A stretch of 64,000 bases of DNA from a virus: positions 1 to 64,000 of IMG/VR virus record IMGVR_UViG_3300041955_001937. The stretch is one strand, 5' to 3'. The translations under genes and the position numbers were made by a program. Shown here one piece after another: positions 45,961 to 55,624 of the stretch (its first letter is position 1; each line of letters starts with the position of its first letter). The notes under the pieces were generated by a model. The model was not told where the DNA came from. It made no database searches and saw nothing but the letters and a program-made list of their open reading frames with translations.

Positions 45961-46319
45961 CAAATACGCAACTGGGGCGCCGGCGTTCGGTCAACATTCA
46001 GATCCAGAGCCAGACTTCCACGCCGGACTCGTTCAACCAACCCCTGCTGGCATGGGCCCCTGTCTGCGTTCTCCAGGGCCGGATACGCTCTGTGCAGCAG
46101 AGCGAGACATTTCAATCGGGCCAACTGTCTTCGCAGATAACCCACGTGATCGAAGCCTGGTGGACGGCGATCAGCATAGCCGCCGGCATGCGGGCCGTAT
46201 TTGGATCGCGTACATTCCTTATCCAGTCCGTCGAAAACGTGGAGCAACGGAACCGGGAAATCCTGATGCTGTGTCTCGAACTTAATCCTTCGTCCCTGTC
46301 GACGCCGCTGCTGTCCTGA
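45957..46319 (+). CDS. Head closure protein (SPP1 gp16-like)
   Basis: GTG start; V.IQ......D.FNQP...W, I.AGMR.VF..R.F.IQSV. Confidence 0.82.
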   Translation: MTNTQLGRRRSVNIQIQSQTSTPDSFNQPLLAWAPVCVLQGRIRSVQQSETFQSGQLSSQITHVIEAWWTAISIAAGMRAVFGSRTFLIQSVENVEQRNREILMLCLELNPSSLSTPLLS

Positions 46320-46969
46320 TGAACACGATGAACGACAAACCCTTCATCACCGTCATCTGCCCGACCACGCCGAGCCGCGGCGAATGGCTTCCGCGGGCGA
46401 TCGACTGTTTTCTGTCGCAGGACTACGAGGGCGGCGCGGAGCTGATAATCGTCGCGGATTCCGATCCCGAGACCGTGTCGCTCCATTGCGAACCATGCCA
46501 CCCGATGCGGGATGGATCGAAGATGTCAGTAATTGCGTGCGCGGGATCGATCGGGGCGAAGCGAAACGCCGGTTGCGCGGCGGCGAACGGTGAACTCATT
46601 CTCCACCTCGACGATGACGATCACTCTTCGTCCGGCCGTCTGTCCGATCAGGCCCGGTGCCTCCTCGATACCGGGAAGTCGGTCACCGGCTATCATTCGA
46701 TGCGGTTCACGGACGGCTCGCGCTGGTGGAAGAACAGCAATCCGCCCCGTTGGGCATTCGATACATCGCTCTGCTACAAAAAGGCCTTCTGGCAGGCGCA
46801 TCGGTTCGACGAGATCAATGACGGTCTCGAAGCAAATTTCCGCGCGGCGGCAATCAGGGAAAAGCAATTCATTTCCGTCGACGCCGGCGAAATGATGTAT
46901 GCCACGATCCACCCGGGCAACACCAGCAAACGGAATGTGGTGATCGGCGCCGGCTGGCAGGCGGCTTAA
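46319..46969 (+). CDS. GT2-family glycosyltransferase
   Basis: ITVICPT, AIDCFLSQDY, ELIIVAD, IGAKRNAG...ANGELILHLDDDD. Confidence 0.88.
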   Translation: MNTMNDKPFITVICPTTPSRGEWLPRAIDCFLSQDYEGGAELIIVADSDPETVSLHCEPCHPMRDGSKMSVIACAGSIGAKRNAGCAAANGELILHLDDDDHSSSGRLSDQARCLLDTGKSVTGYHSMRFTDGSRWWKNSNPPRWAFDTSLCYKKAFWQAHRFDEINDGLEANFRAAAIREKQFISVDAGEMMYATIHPGNTSKRNVVIGAGWQAA

Positions 46970-47129
46970 AGCTTCGGGTGGACGTTGCCCCAATCGTTGC
47001 CCATAAGGTCAACGTCGAAGCCCTCGGTCAGTAGTCTTCTCAGCGCCTCACCGGACCATTGGGCAGTGACATAGCCGCGTCGTTTCATGCGGCAAACGTG
47101 ACCGTAGCTCCATTTTTCCGATTATCTCA

Positions 47130-47534
47130 ATGCTCGAACAAGGACTCGTCGTGCTGCTCCTCGCCAACACCCGCGTTTCCGCGCTGGTCGGCGCGCGCAT
47201 TTATCCGGTGCAGGGGCCACCGGCCAATCCGGTTTACCCGTACATCACATACCAGGACATCCCGGCGGAATCGACCGACTACACCTTCGATCCCGGCGTG
47301 GTCATGGATACCCGGCGCATCCAGTTCACCTACTGGGGACTGATGGCCTGCGACGGCGCCAACATCATGATCGCCCAGCGCAATGCGCTCTCGGGCTTCA
47401 CCGGCACGCTGGCCGATGCCGACGCCACGCGCGTGATCTTCGCCAAACATGGGACCTTCCTCAACAACTTCGACGTGGATTCCCGGAGCTACCGCAGTGT
47501 CGACGAATACGAATTCCAAATCTCAGAACCATAA
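47130..47534 (+). CDS. Tail terminator (DUF3168-like)
   Basis: V.ALVG.RIYP...P....PYITYQ, RIQF..W. Confidence 0.8.
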   Translation: MLEQGLVVLLLANTRVSALVGARIYPVQGPPANPVYPYITYQDIPAESTDYTFDPGVVMDTRRIQFTYWGLMACDGANIMIAQRNALSGFTGTLADADATRVIFAKHGTFLNNFDVDSRSYRSVDEYEFQISEP

Positions 47535-47546
47535 AGGACAAACATC

Positions 47547-48002
47547 ATGGCAACGAAAAGCGGTGTAGGCCTCGGCCTTAAATTCAACATCAACACCGGG
47601 ACGGCATCTGCGCCGACCTGGCTTCTGGTCGGCGAAGGTCTCACCAGCGACCCCGCGCCCAAAATGGAAACTGAAGACGCTACCAGCTTCGACTCCCTTG
47701 GACGCGAATTCATCGCCACCATCCCGGATGGCGGGGACTTGAAGTTCTCCTGCAACCGCGTAACCACGGACCTCGGCCAGGCGGCCATGGTGGCGCACGG
47801 TCCGATGGGCGCTTCAGCCGGAGTACTGATGCCGTTTGAGATCGTCGCCCCGCTCGCCACTGGACAAACAACGACAGGCGACACATGGTCCTTCATGGGC
47901 ATCGTGACCGAATTCAATCCGTCCTTCAAGCCGGATAAGAAGACCACGATCACGGGGAATGTGCGCACTTCGAATGGCATGACATTCGCGGAAGGCAGCT
48001 AA
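47547..48002 (+). CDS. Tail tube protein
   Basis: ETEDATSFDS..REFI..I.DGG; WSF.G.V; position in tail module. Confidence 0.85.
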   Translation: MATKSGVGLGLKFNINTGTASAPTWLLVGEGLTSDPAPKMETEDATSFDSLGREFIATIPDGGDLKFSCNRVTTDLGQAAMVAHGPMGASAGVLMPFEIVAPLATGQTTTGDTWSFMGIVTEFNPSFKPDKKTTITGNVRTSNGMTFAEGS

Positions 48003-48007
48003 ACCCT

Positions 48008-48427
48008 ATGCGTAAGTCAGCGGCTAAGTCCACTAAATCCAAGACTCCTCCTCCTGCTGCTACTCCGGCGGCGGATCGCGTGAAGGGTTGGGCATCGCTT
48101 ACAATCGCCGGCGAGACTTACCGGCTGATTTACAGCTTCAACGCGATCGCCGAGGCGGAGACGGAGGCTGGCTGCAACCTCCTTCACGGGATCTCGGCCG
48201 CGCTGCTCAACACCATGAGCGCGGCGCAGATGCGCGGACTGTTCTATGCGGCGCTGAAGCCGTTCCAGCCAGCCATGACCCTCGCCGTAGCGGGCGCGAT
48301 GATCAGGATCGACACGTTGCCGGATATCTTCGAGGCCATCTCCGAGGCTTATAAGCTGGCGATGGAGAAGCCCAAAAACCCTCCCGTGGCCGCTCCGGTT
48401 CCCGTTCCGGCGCCGGTCGCAGCTTAA
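48008..48427 (+). CDS. Tail assembly chaperone (gpG)
   Basis: Y.L.YSFNAIAE.E; between tail tube and tape measure genes. Confidence 0.8.
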   Translation: MRKSAAKSTKSKTPPPAATPAADRVKGWASLTIAGETYRLIYSFNAIAEAETEAGCNLLHGISAALLNTMSAAQMRGLFYAALKPFQPAMTLAVAGAMIRIDTLPDIFEAISEAYKLAMEKPKNPPVAAPVPVPAPVAA

Positions 48428-48753
48428 CCGGTAAGGAGCTGTGGGAGAACTGCTGGTCTTCGGCCCGGTTCCATCTCAAGCTCAGCGATCGACAGTTCGG
48501 CGAATTGACGCCACGTCAGTTTTATCTGCTGCTCGATCGCCACACAGAAGAAGTGGAACACGGGAAGATGCTCGCTGGCACCGTCGCGGCGACCGTGGCT
48601 AATTTCGGGTACAGGCGTCCGAAGAAGGCGCTGCGCCCGATGGATTTCTTCGCCGGCGCGCCGGCCGAACGGGTCAATCGAAAACAGCAAATGGCGGATA
48701 CGCGGGCCGTCCTGATGTCGATGACCACCAAAACAATCAAACGAAATGTCTGA
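48371..48753 (+). CDS. -1 frameshift extension of the tail chaperone (gpGT)
   Basis: Slippery CCCAAAAAC at 48371-48379; the -1 frame is open and reads ...LWENCWSSARFHLKLSDRQFGELTPRQF. Confidence 0.75.
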
Positions 48754-49204
48754 CGGAGGAATCACAGTTCGCGGCATTCCGGAAGTGCAGGGGTTCCTGA
48801 GGGCCTTTCCGAATGTGCTGGTCATGGGGTGTTTCGCGAAGGCGCTCAGCCGCGCCGGCGGCGTCTTCGAGGCGGAGCTGCGCGCCAACATGCCGGAGAC
48901 GGATTACAGCACATCGAGCGAGGAATACGGTCACCTGTTCGACAATCTCCTGTCCGAAGTGATTATCGACACCAAAGGACAGGGCGGCAAAGTAAAGGTC
49001 GGTTTCGGACGAAAGGGAATGATCGCAATGTGGGTCGAATTCGGACATCGCATGTTGAGCCACGACAAGAAGCCAACCAAACTGGACCGAGTCAAGGCCA
49101 ATCCGTTCATGCGGCGGGCTTTCGCGGCCGCGGCGGATGCAGCGGTGGACGCGTTCATTGAGACAGTGCGGGAATTCATGCAGAGCGGAGTGAAAGCAGC
49201 TTAG
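48746..49204 (+). CDS. HK97 gp10-family tail component
   Basis: VRGI.E, WVEFGH, ANPFMRRAF. Confidence 0.85.
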   Translation: MSDGGITVRGIPEVQGFLRAFPNVLVMGCFAKALSRAGGVFEAELRANMPETDYSTSSEEYGHLFDNLLSEVIIDTKGQGGKVKVGFGRKGMIAMWVEFGHRMLSHDKKPTKLDRVKANPFMRRAFAAAADAAVDAFIETVREFMQSGVKAA

Positions 49205-49207
49205 ACC

Positions 49208-51595
49208 ATGGGCGTAAAAGCGGGCGTAATCTCGATCGATGTCGATGCCGGAACGGCGAAGTTCCTGGTCGACATGGATGCGGCAAACGTCAAACTCCAG
49301 AATTTCGGTAAAGGGGCGAAGGAATCTGGCATCCACGTCGTCACGTCCATGCAGGCATCGAGCGCGGCGATCCGCGAGCTGTCGGGCGGCTCGAACGTCC
49401 GCGCCATCGAGAAGTTGATCTCTCTATTCCCCACACTGTCGAAGGCCGTGCTGGCGGCGTTCCCGGCGATCGCCGGCATCGCGTTGGGCGTGATGCTGGT
49501 GGATCTCGGCAAGAAGGCCTACGAGTTTTTCAAGAAGATGGAGGAAGCTCCGCAACGCATGGCGGAGGCCTTTCGCGGCCTCAGTGCGCCGCTGAAACTT
49601 ACCAACGACGAGCTGGCGCTGGCAAATGCCCGCCTCGCCAACGACATCGCCAAACTGGAAGGCAAGCCGCAGAACGGTTTGGCCGTCGCGCTGGATGAAA
49701 CCCGTGTGTTCGCCGACAAACTGGCCGATTCTCTGGATAAGGACCTCGACCGCATTCACAAGGTCATGGCCGAGAACAAAGCTCACTGGTGGCAGTTGCA
49801 AACGCCAGGCACGAGCGCGGCGGATAAACGCGACCAGGAACTCAGAAACCAGGTTGCCCAGGACGCCGGCGCCCCGGCCACGCAATCGCAGGATTTCGAC
49901 TGGTACAAGAAAAAGGCGGAGAATGAACTGTTGGACGCGATGACCGAGAAATCACGGATTCACAATTCTCCGGGCATCACGCAACCGGACAGCAGCGGCC
50001 AGGACAGCAGCATTGCGCGCCTGAAGGCTTACATCGCCGACTATCAGGGCGAAATGGACAGGATCGCTGGCGAACTGAAGCAGGCGGCGCAAACAGGCAC
50101 GAAAGACGTTCTGCAGATCAACAAGGAAGCGCAGCACCAGGCTACCGAGCTGCTGCGCAAGTCGGACGAGGATAACCTTGCCCTGCAGCAGGCGGACCAT
50201 CAGATGTCCGTCGCCGACCTGATCCAGTACTGGGGCGAGAGACTTCGCGCGGAGAAGGACAACGCCGACCGCGTGCGCGCAATCCACATCACCATGGGGC
50301 ATCTGTTCCAGGAACAGGACAAGATCGTCGAGGCCAGCTTCAAACACGACGTTGAAGTGCAGGCCGCGAAGGCGAAGAAGCTCGACGAGTGGAAAGCCAA
50401 GATGGAGGCCACCATCCAGGAGCTGGACGAACTCGACAGGAAGGTAATCACCGAACCGGCCGAGGCTCACGCCGCCGCCCAGACGAAGATCGCGGAAGTC
50501 ACCGCCAAGGGATCGGGACAATCGGACGATCTCCGGATCGAAGGTCAGAAGCTCGCCATCGAAAGAGCTTACGGGCTCGAGGCACGACACACGGCGGCGG
50601 AACAGATCTCCTACCTGCGCCAGATCGCCGCCCTGGACGAACGGGCGCGCCAGGCGAAGATCGCCGGGCTGGTCGCCGATCAGCAGATCGCAGCCGCCGA
50701 ACAGGCGCAGTTCTTATCGGTGGGGGAAAAGGCCAAGGCCGACGAAGACGGGCTGAAGATCGCCAATCTACAGGTGGAGATCGACGTTCAGCGCGCCAAA
50801 GCGGCGAACGACCTCTATCTCTCGAACACGAAGATTCTGGACGTGCTTCGCCAGCAGGGCATGGCGGGCTATTTCTGGAAGATGAATGCCGAGGCCAAGA
50901 CGGCAACGCAGATCGCGCAGGACGGCATCACTTCGGCCGTCGACAAGTTCAGCGACGATCTGGCGAAAATGATGTCCGATCCGAAGCACGCGCATCCCGC
51001 CAAAATGCTGGGCGACACGCTGAAGGGCCTCGGGCAGGAAGAAATGAAGGAGAGCATTAAAGCGGGCCTGCAGCGCAGTCTCGGGACGCTCTTCGGAAAA
51101 GCGCAGGTTCACAAGCCCACCGGCAACCCGGGCGATCCGGTGCACGTCGTCGACGATACACAGCGAGGCACGGCTGGACCGGCGGGAGTAAAACCTTTGA
51201 ACGGCAGCGGCGGAAACAGTCCGCTTCCCGGTTACGGAAAAGTGTTTGGCGGCGCGTCCGGAGTTCCCGGCGTCTTCAACCTGCTGGGCAGCGGCGGCGG
51301 CATGCCGTTCGGCGGAGCGCTGGCCGGCGGCGGCGATGTGGATCCCGGTACCGCCTACATCGTGGGCGATGGGGGCGAATCCGAAGTGTTCACTCCCGGT
51401 ACTTCGGGGCGGGTTACGCCGATGAGCCAGATGGGCGGCGGAGATGTCCACTATCACATCGACGCGCGCGGCTCGACCGATCCCACTTTGACGGCCGTCA
51501 ATGTGAAACGCGCTATTCTCGCGGCCCATGCCGATGCGGTAACGACCGGCGTGCTGCTCAATCAGGAGCAACAGAAGCGCAGCGTGCAGGGCTGA
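49208..51595 (+). CDS. Tape measure protein
   Basis: 795-aa helical protein; C-terminal AGGGDV.PG..YIVGDGG.SEVFTP..SG. Confidence 0.88.
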   Translation: MGVKAGVISIDVDAGTAKFLVDMDAANVKLQNFGKGAKESGIHVVTSMQASSAAIRELSGGSNVRAIEKLISLFPTLSKAVLAAFPAIAGIALGVMLVDLGKKAYEFFKKMEEAPQRMAEAFRGLSAPLKLTNDELALANARLANDIAKLEGKPQNGLAVALDETRVFADKLADSLDKDLDRIHKVMAENKAHWWQLQTPGTSAADKRDQELRNQVAQDAGAPATQSQDFDWYKKKAENELLDAMTEKSRIHNSPGITQPDSSGQDSSIARLKAYIADYQGEMDRIAGELKQAAQTGTKDVLQINKEAQHQATELLRKSDEDNLALQQADHQMSVADLIQYWGERLRAEKDNADRVRAIHITMGHLFQEQDKIVEASFKHDVEVQAAKAKKLDEWKAKMEATIQELDELDRKVITEPAEAHAAAQTKIAEVTAKGSGQSDDLRIEGQKLAIERAYGLEARHTAAEQISYLRQIAALDERARQAKIAGLVADQQIAAAEQAQFLSVGEKAKADEDGLKIANLQVEIDVQRAKAANDLYLSNTKILDVLRQQGMAGYFWKMNAEAKTATQIAQDGITSAVDKFSDDLAKMMSDPKHAHPAKMLGDTLKGLGQEEMKESIKAGLQRSLGTLFGKAQVHKPTGNPGDPVHVVDDTQRGTAGPAGVKPLNGSGGNSPLPGYGKVFGGASGVPGVFNLLGSGGGMPFGGALAGGGDVDPGTAYIVGDGGESEVFTPGTSGRVTPMSQMGGGDVHYHIDARGSTDPTLTAVNVKRAILAAHADAVTTGVLLNQEQQKRSVQG

Positions 51596-51620
51596 TCATG
51601 ACCGAACGGACCCTATAAGA

Positions 51621-52628
51621 ATGAACATCATCCTGGCATACAAAAACTTCGCCGCGAACAAGAACATATCCCACATTGGGCTGGGCGTGGCCGCTTTGAA
51701 TACGGCGAAATCGCTGATCGCGGCCGGGATACCCGCTCTGGTGGTGCCGATTACAAACGCTGCGGATTTACGCGCGCGACTCACTGCGGCGCCGGCCACC
51801 ACGCATGTCATCATCAGCGCGCCCTGGATTCCCACGATGCAGATGCAGGCGCTTGTGAACGATTTCCCGCACGTCGATTTCACGATGGTCTGTCACTCGA
51901 ACGTCGGCTTCCTGCAGGCGGACGCCAGCGGTGTCGCGCTGTTGAGGCAGGCGATGGAGATCGAGCAGTCCGTTCACAACTTTCACGTCGGAGGCAACAG
52001 CCGGCGTTTCTGCGACTGGCTCGGGAGCGCTTACGCGGTGCCATGCGCCTTCCTGCCGAATCTGTATTTTCTCGACGGAACGACCAATTCCCACCGGCCT
52101 CTCTGGACGGGAGGCACACTGCGGATCGGCGCGTTCGGCGCCACGCGGCCGCTGAAGAATTTCATGACGGCGGCGGGAGCTGCTATCGATATCGCGCGGC
52201 AGTTGCGCGGAGATCTCGAGTTGTGGATATCGACTACTAGAACGGAAGGCGGCGGCGAGACGATCCTGAACGCGGTGAGGGCCATGATCGCGAATGTCCC
52301 GCACGCAAAGCTGGTGGAAAACGGCTGGCAGACGTGGCCGCAGTTTCGCGCCACGGTCGGGCACATGCATCTGACGCTGCAGCCGAGTTACACGGAAAGC
52401 TTCAACATGGTGGCGGCGGATTCGGTGGCGCAGGGAATTTGCTGTGTGACGTCGGACGCCATCACCTGGGTACCGGAGCACTGGCAGGCGGATTCGGACG
52501 ACACCCTGGCGGTATCGCGGATCGGGCAGGCGCTGTTGCGCAGTCATACCGCCGCGGCCGAGGGCCTCGCCGCGCTGGCCGCATACAACAAGGCGGGAAT
52601 GGCGGTGTACCGGGCTTTCCTCGGGTAA
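51621..52628 (+). CDS. GT-B fold (GT4-like) glycosyltransferase
   Basis: LPNLY, IGAFGATRPLKN, LQPSYTESFNMVAAD (ExF..v.aD motif). Confidence 0.75.
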   Translation: MNIILAYKNFAANKNISHIGLGVAALNTAKSLIAAGIPALVVPITNAADLRARLTAAPATTHVIISAPWIPTMQMQALVNDFPHVDFTMVCHSNVGFLQADASGVALLRQAMEIEQSVHNFHVGGNSRRFCDWLGSAYAVPCAFLPNLYFLDGTTNSHRPLWTGGTLRIGAFGATRPLKNFMTAAGAAIDIARQLRGDLELWISTTRTEGGGETILNAVRAMIANVPHAKLVENGWQTWPQFRATVGHMHLTLQPSYTESFNMVAADSVAQGICCVTSDAITWVPEHWQADSDDTLAVSRIGQALLRSHTAAAEGLAALAAYNKAGMAVYRAFLG

Positions 52629-52629
52629 A

Positions 52630-53247
52630 ATGGCCACCTTCAACGGCTACACCATCGTGCCCGTGCCTTCCGTTCCGGGAGCGCGCTCGATCGAGTTCAC
52701 CGCTACCGACGCGGTGGGTGCCGTCGTTTCTCCATTCACCGGTCAGCAGCAGATTCAGAGCTGGCAGGCGGCATGGCTCGGCGCAACGGTGTCGATGCCC
52801 CCGATGAAGGATTCGCTGGCGCGCGCCTGGGTTGCGTTCCTCCTGTCGTGCAATGGCGTCCAGAACATCTTTCAGCTTGGCGATCCGATGCGCAAATCGC
52901 CGCTCGGCTCCGGCGCGGGCGCACCCAAGGTGAACGGGGCGAATCAGACCGGTTTCACACTATCGACGAAGGGATGGACCGCAAGCGCCGCGGGCGTGCT
53001 GCTGCCGGGCGATTGCCTGCAGATTGGATACCGGCTGTACACGAATGTCTATCCGGTGAATGCGGACGGCTCCGGGGATGCCATCATTACGATCTGGCCG
53101 AACCTGCGGGAATCTCCGGCCGACGCCACGTCGATCGTGCTGGCCAATACGACGGGCATCTGGCGTCTGGCCGACAATGCGCGCCACTGGTCGATCAGCG
53201 CGATGAGGACTTACGGCGTGCAGTTCAAGATTCGCGAGGCTATTTAG
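52630..53247 (+). CDS. Distal tail-like protein
   Basis: SPFTGQQQ, W.AFL...NG...F..GDP, IWPNLRESP, IREAI. Confidence 0.75.
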   Translation: MATFNGYTIVPVPSVPGARSIEFTATDAVGAVVSPFTGQQQIQSWQAAWLGATVSMPPMKDSLARAWVAFLLSCNGVQNIFQLGDPMRKSPLGSGAGAPKVNGANQTGFTLSTKGWTASAAGVLLPGDCLQIGYRLYTNVYPVNADGSGDAIITIWPNLRESPADATSIVLANTTGIWRLADNARHWSISAMRTYGVQFKIREAI

Positions 53248-53252
53248 CTATT

Positions 53253-53795
53253 TTAGGGCTCAACAGGGTCGCCGGCGAGCGCATGATACCTCTCCATCAT
53301 CTCGGCAAAGACCGCAAGCTGCTCAGACGAGAGCTTCACTTTCGATTCTTCGCCTGGGGCACCGGTAACCATCCAGACTTCGTGGGCGGCTGCTATTCGC
53401 TCGATGAGCAACCCTTGATTTCGGATGGCCGTCTTGGCGATCAACCCCGTTCCGCCGAACATGATCGCCGGCGTAACCCATGACACGCCGGAAAGGTCCG
53501 TGCGTTCGCCATCGACGGCAAACGAAACAGCGGAATCGTAGTGGCTGAGGCCATCGACTTCGATATTCAGGGTAAGGCCCTTGGTGCTTAAGCCGAAGTC
53601 CTGATACGCGGCGGGAAAACATCGCCACGCCGTGCGGATGATGCCGCGCCGGATCATCTTCACCGGCGGTTTTTGCGGAACTATCCACGTAATCTTCAGC
53701 GGCTCGTCGCGCGTCGTCTTGATGCGGGTGTCTTTAGCGACGCCCAAACCAGGCAGCAGCAGAATAACGGCCAGCAGCCGCCCTATCGGTTTCAT
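53253..53795 (-). CDS. Secreted hypothetical protein (moron)
   Basis: Signal-peptide-like N-terminus; antisense to the tail operon. Confidence 0.6.
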   Translation of the reverse strand: MKPIGRLLAVILLLPGLGVAKDTRIKTTRDEPLKITWIVPQKPPVKMIRRGIIRTAWRCFPAAYQDFGLSTKGLTLNIEVDGLSHYDSAVSFAVDGERTDLSGVSWVTPAIMFGGTGLIAKTAIRNQGLLIERIAAAHEVWMVTGAPGEESKVKLSSEQLAVFAEMMERYHALAGDPVEP

Positions 53796-53800
53796 AGCGC

Positions 53801-54118
53801 TTACTGGCTGGCAATCATGACGCGACGCCCGTCCCGATCGATTGCGTCGTCAGTCAAGGCCGCGATTTCCGCGACGTGTGTTTCGTGCGGGCGCAGATGA
53901 TGTTCGATCAGGTGCAGCCGCGCGATTAAGGCGGCGAATCCAAACGGGACAAGCGAAAAGAGCATCGCACCGATGCCTTCTGCGATCCCCTGCCAGGCGT
54001 CGCTGGCGCTGCTGTTCGCGGCGATAAGCAGCGTCAAAAGCCCGATTCCAAAAAGCACCCAGCCGAAAATGTTGAACGCCGTCGCAACGCCCGGTGTTGC
54101 TGGTTCCGTTGTTGTCAT
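53801..54118 (-). CDS. Two-TM membrane protein (moron)
   Basis: ATG at 54118; two hydrophobic helices. Confidence 0.6.
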   Translation of the reverse strand: MTTTEPATPGVATAFNIFGWVLFGIGLLTLLIAANSSASDAWQGIAEGIGAMLFSLVPFGFAALIARLHLIEHHLRPHETHVAEIAALTDDAIDRDGRRVMIASQ

Positions 54119-54188
54119 CGCGCCCACAAGAGTAGGGCGTGGGCCGTTTTTGCGCAATCGCTCTCGACCGCCCGAAGGAGTATCTCTC

Positions 54189-54428
54189 ATGAACGTCCGG
54201 TTTAACAATCTGATCTGCGAGTGCAATCGCGGCGTGGTTTTCGTCGGCCCGAAGAACGCATCGCAGCGTCAGTTTATGTGCGTGAATTCGGCCTGCGCTC
54301 ACGCCAACGTCCGCATGCTGGAGCCGATCTTTCTCGCCGTGCCCCTGGCCGCGCCCATGACTCCGCCGACCCTGACCGGACCGAAGCAATTGACGTCGGT
54401 CAAGCCCGCGCCCGTCAGTTCGAAATAA
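54189..54428 (+). CDS. Small zinc-ribbon-like protein
   Basis: GAAGGAG RBS; CEC...CVNSAC. Confidence 0.55.
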   Translation: MNVRFNNLICECNRGVVFVGPKNASQRQFMCVNSACAHANVRMLEPIFLAVPLAAPMTPPTLTGPKQLTSVKPAPVSSK

Positions 54429-54591
54429 CGAACGCCTCGAAGCCGATCCCGGCGCGGAACTCCAGACTTTTAACCTTGGCGGCAGACGCTTCCTCGGGAT
54501 CGTCGAAGCGGAAATCGCCGAGGAAAACCTTCATGTCGCCACGCGCGGCGAAGGCCTCCGTCGCGACCGCTATCAGTTCGGACAACTTCAT
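54415..54591 (-). CDS. 58-aa hypothetical protein MKLSELIAVATEAFAARGDM... (absent from the ORF track)
   Basis: GGAGAG RBS; open frame fills the intergenic gap. Confidence 0.45.
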   Translation of the reverse strand: MKLSELIAVATEAFAARGDMKVFLGDFRFDDPEEASAAKVKSLEFRAGIGFEAFVISN

Positions 54592-54605
54592 TCACTCTCC
54601 AACTT

Positions 54606-55190
54606 ATGCCACGCACAATGACCACGGACGTGGGAACGGCGATCGCAGCCGATCTCCTGTTGCCGGCTTTCTTCCTGGTGGCCACGTTTACCACGGGACC
54701 GGTCTACCTCTGGACGGGCAACTATCCGATCGTATGGAACAGCCATACGTGGCTCGGCGTCGGCACGCTGGGCGGCATTTCCGTGATCGAGGAAGGCTCG
54801 GACGTGCAGGCGAAAGGCATCACGCTCACGCTCAGCGGCTTCGATGCCACGCTGCTGCCCGACGTCCTGACGGAATTTCAACTTGGCGCACCGGTGACCG
54901 TATATGTCGGATTCTTCAACCCGATCAGTCTCGCTCTCATCACTTCGCCGATCATCGCATGGGCGGGGCGCATGGATCAGCCGACCATCGACGTAGACGG
55001 CAAGTCGGCCGCCATTGGGATTAACTGCGAATCGCGCCTCATCGATCTCAACACGCCGGTGGACAGACGCTATACCCAAGACGATCAGCAGCTCGTGGCG
55101 CCGGGAGATCTCGGCTTCTCATTCCAGGCGGGCATTCAGGAAGTGACGATCTACTGGGGCGAGTCGCCGAACTCCAAAAACAACATCTGA
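54606..55190 (+). CDS. Minor tail (hub) protein
   Basis: LWTG...W.GVG.LG.IS, AGRMD, ESRL, RYT..DQQ...PGD.GF. Confidence 0.8.
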   Translation: MPRTMTTDVGTAIAADLLLPAFFLVATFTTGPVYLWTGNYPIVWNSHTWLGVGTLGGISVIEEGSDVQAKGITLTLSGFDATLLPDVLTEFQLGAPVTVYVGFFNPISLALITSPIIAWAGRMDQPTIDVDGKSAAIGINCESRLIDLNTPVDRRYTQDDQQLVAPGDLGFSFQAGIQEVTIYWGESPNSKNNI

Positions 55191-55624
55191 TGACTCGTTT
55201 CCCCGACTGGCCAGCGCGGCTCGATGCCTTCGTCACGCGCAACAAGGACGAGCGCTTCCGCTACGGACGGATGGATTGCTGCCTGTTCGTCTGCGATGCC
55301 ATCGAGATCATGACCGGCATCGATCCGGCGATCGATTTCAGGGGCACGTACGGGTCCCGCGCGGAAGCGCTCCAGGCGATGCGGCGACATACGGGCAGTT
55401 CATCCGTGCGCAAAGTAGTGGAGCACGTCACGGCGCGTCACGGTATGGGCAAGGTCCCCGTCCTGCGCCTGCAGCGCGGCGACATCGCTCTGATTAAGCG
55501 GCCACGCGACTATTCGCTCGGGATCGTGGCGCTGAACGGCCGGGAAGTGCTGGTTCGCGCGGCCAAAGGGATCGAGTCCGTCTCCCTGCTTTCTCCACTC
55601 CTTTGCCAGGGCTACCATGTCTAA
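55190..55624 (+). CDS. DUF6950/NlpC-P60-like tail protein
   Basis: W..RL, FRYG..DCCLF..D.I..MTG.D, RGDI. Confidence 0.82.
   Translation: MTRFPDWPARLDAFVTRNKDERFRYGRMDCCLFVCDAIEIMTGIDPAIDFRGTYGSRAEALQAMRRHTGSSSVRKVVEHVTARHGMGKVPVLRLQRGDIALIKRPRDYSLGIVALNGREVLVRAAKGIESVSLLSPLLCQGYHV

Noticed and set aside
46966-47090. 40-codon minus-strand ORF (MKRRGYVTAQW...) after the GT2 gene
   Set aside because: No clear RBS or motif; cannot be supported
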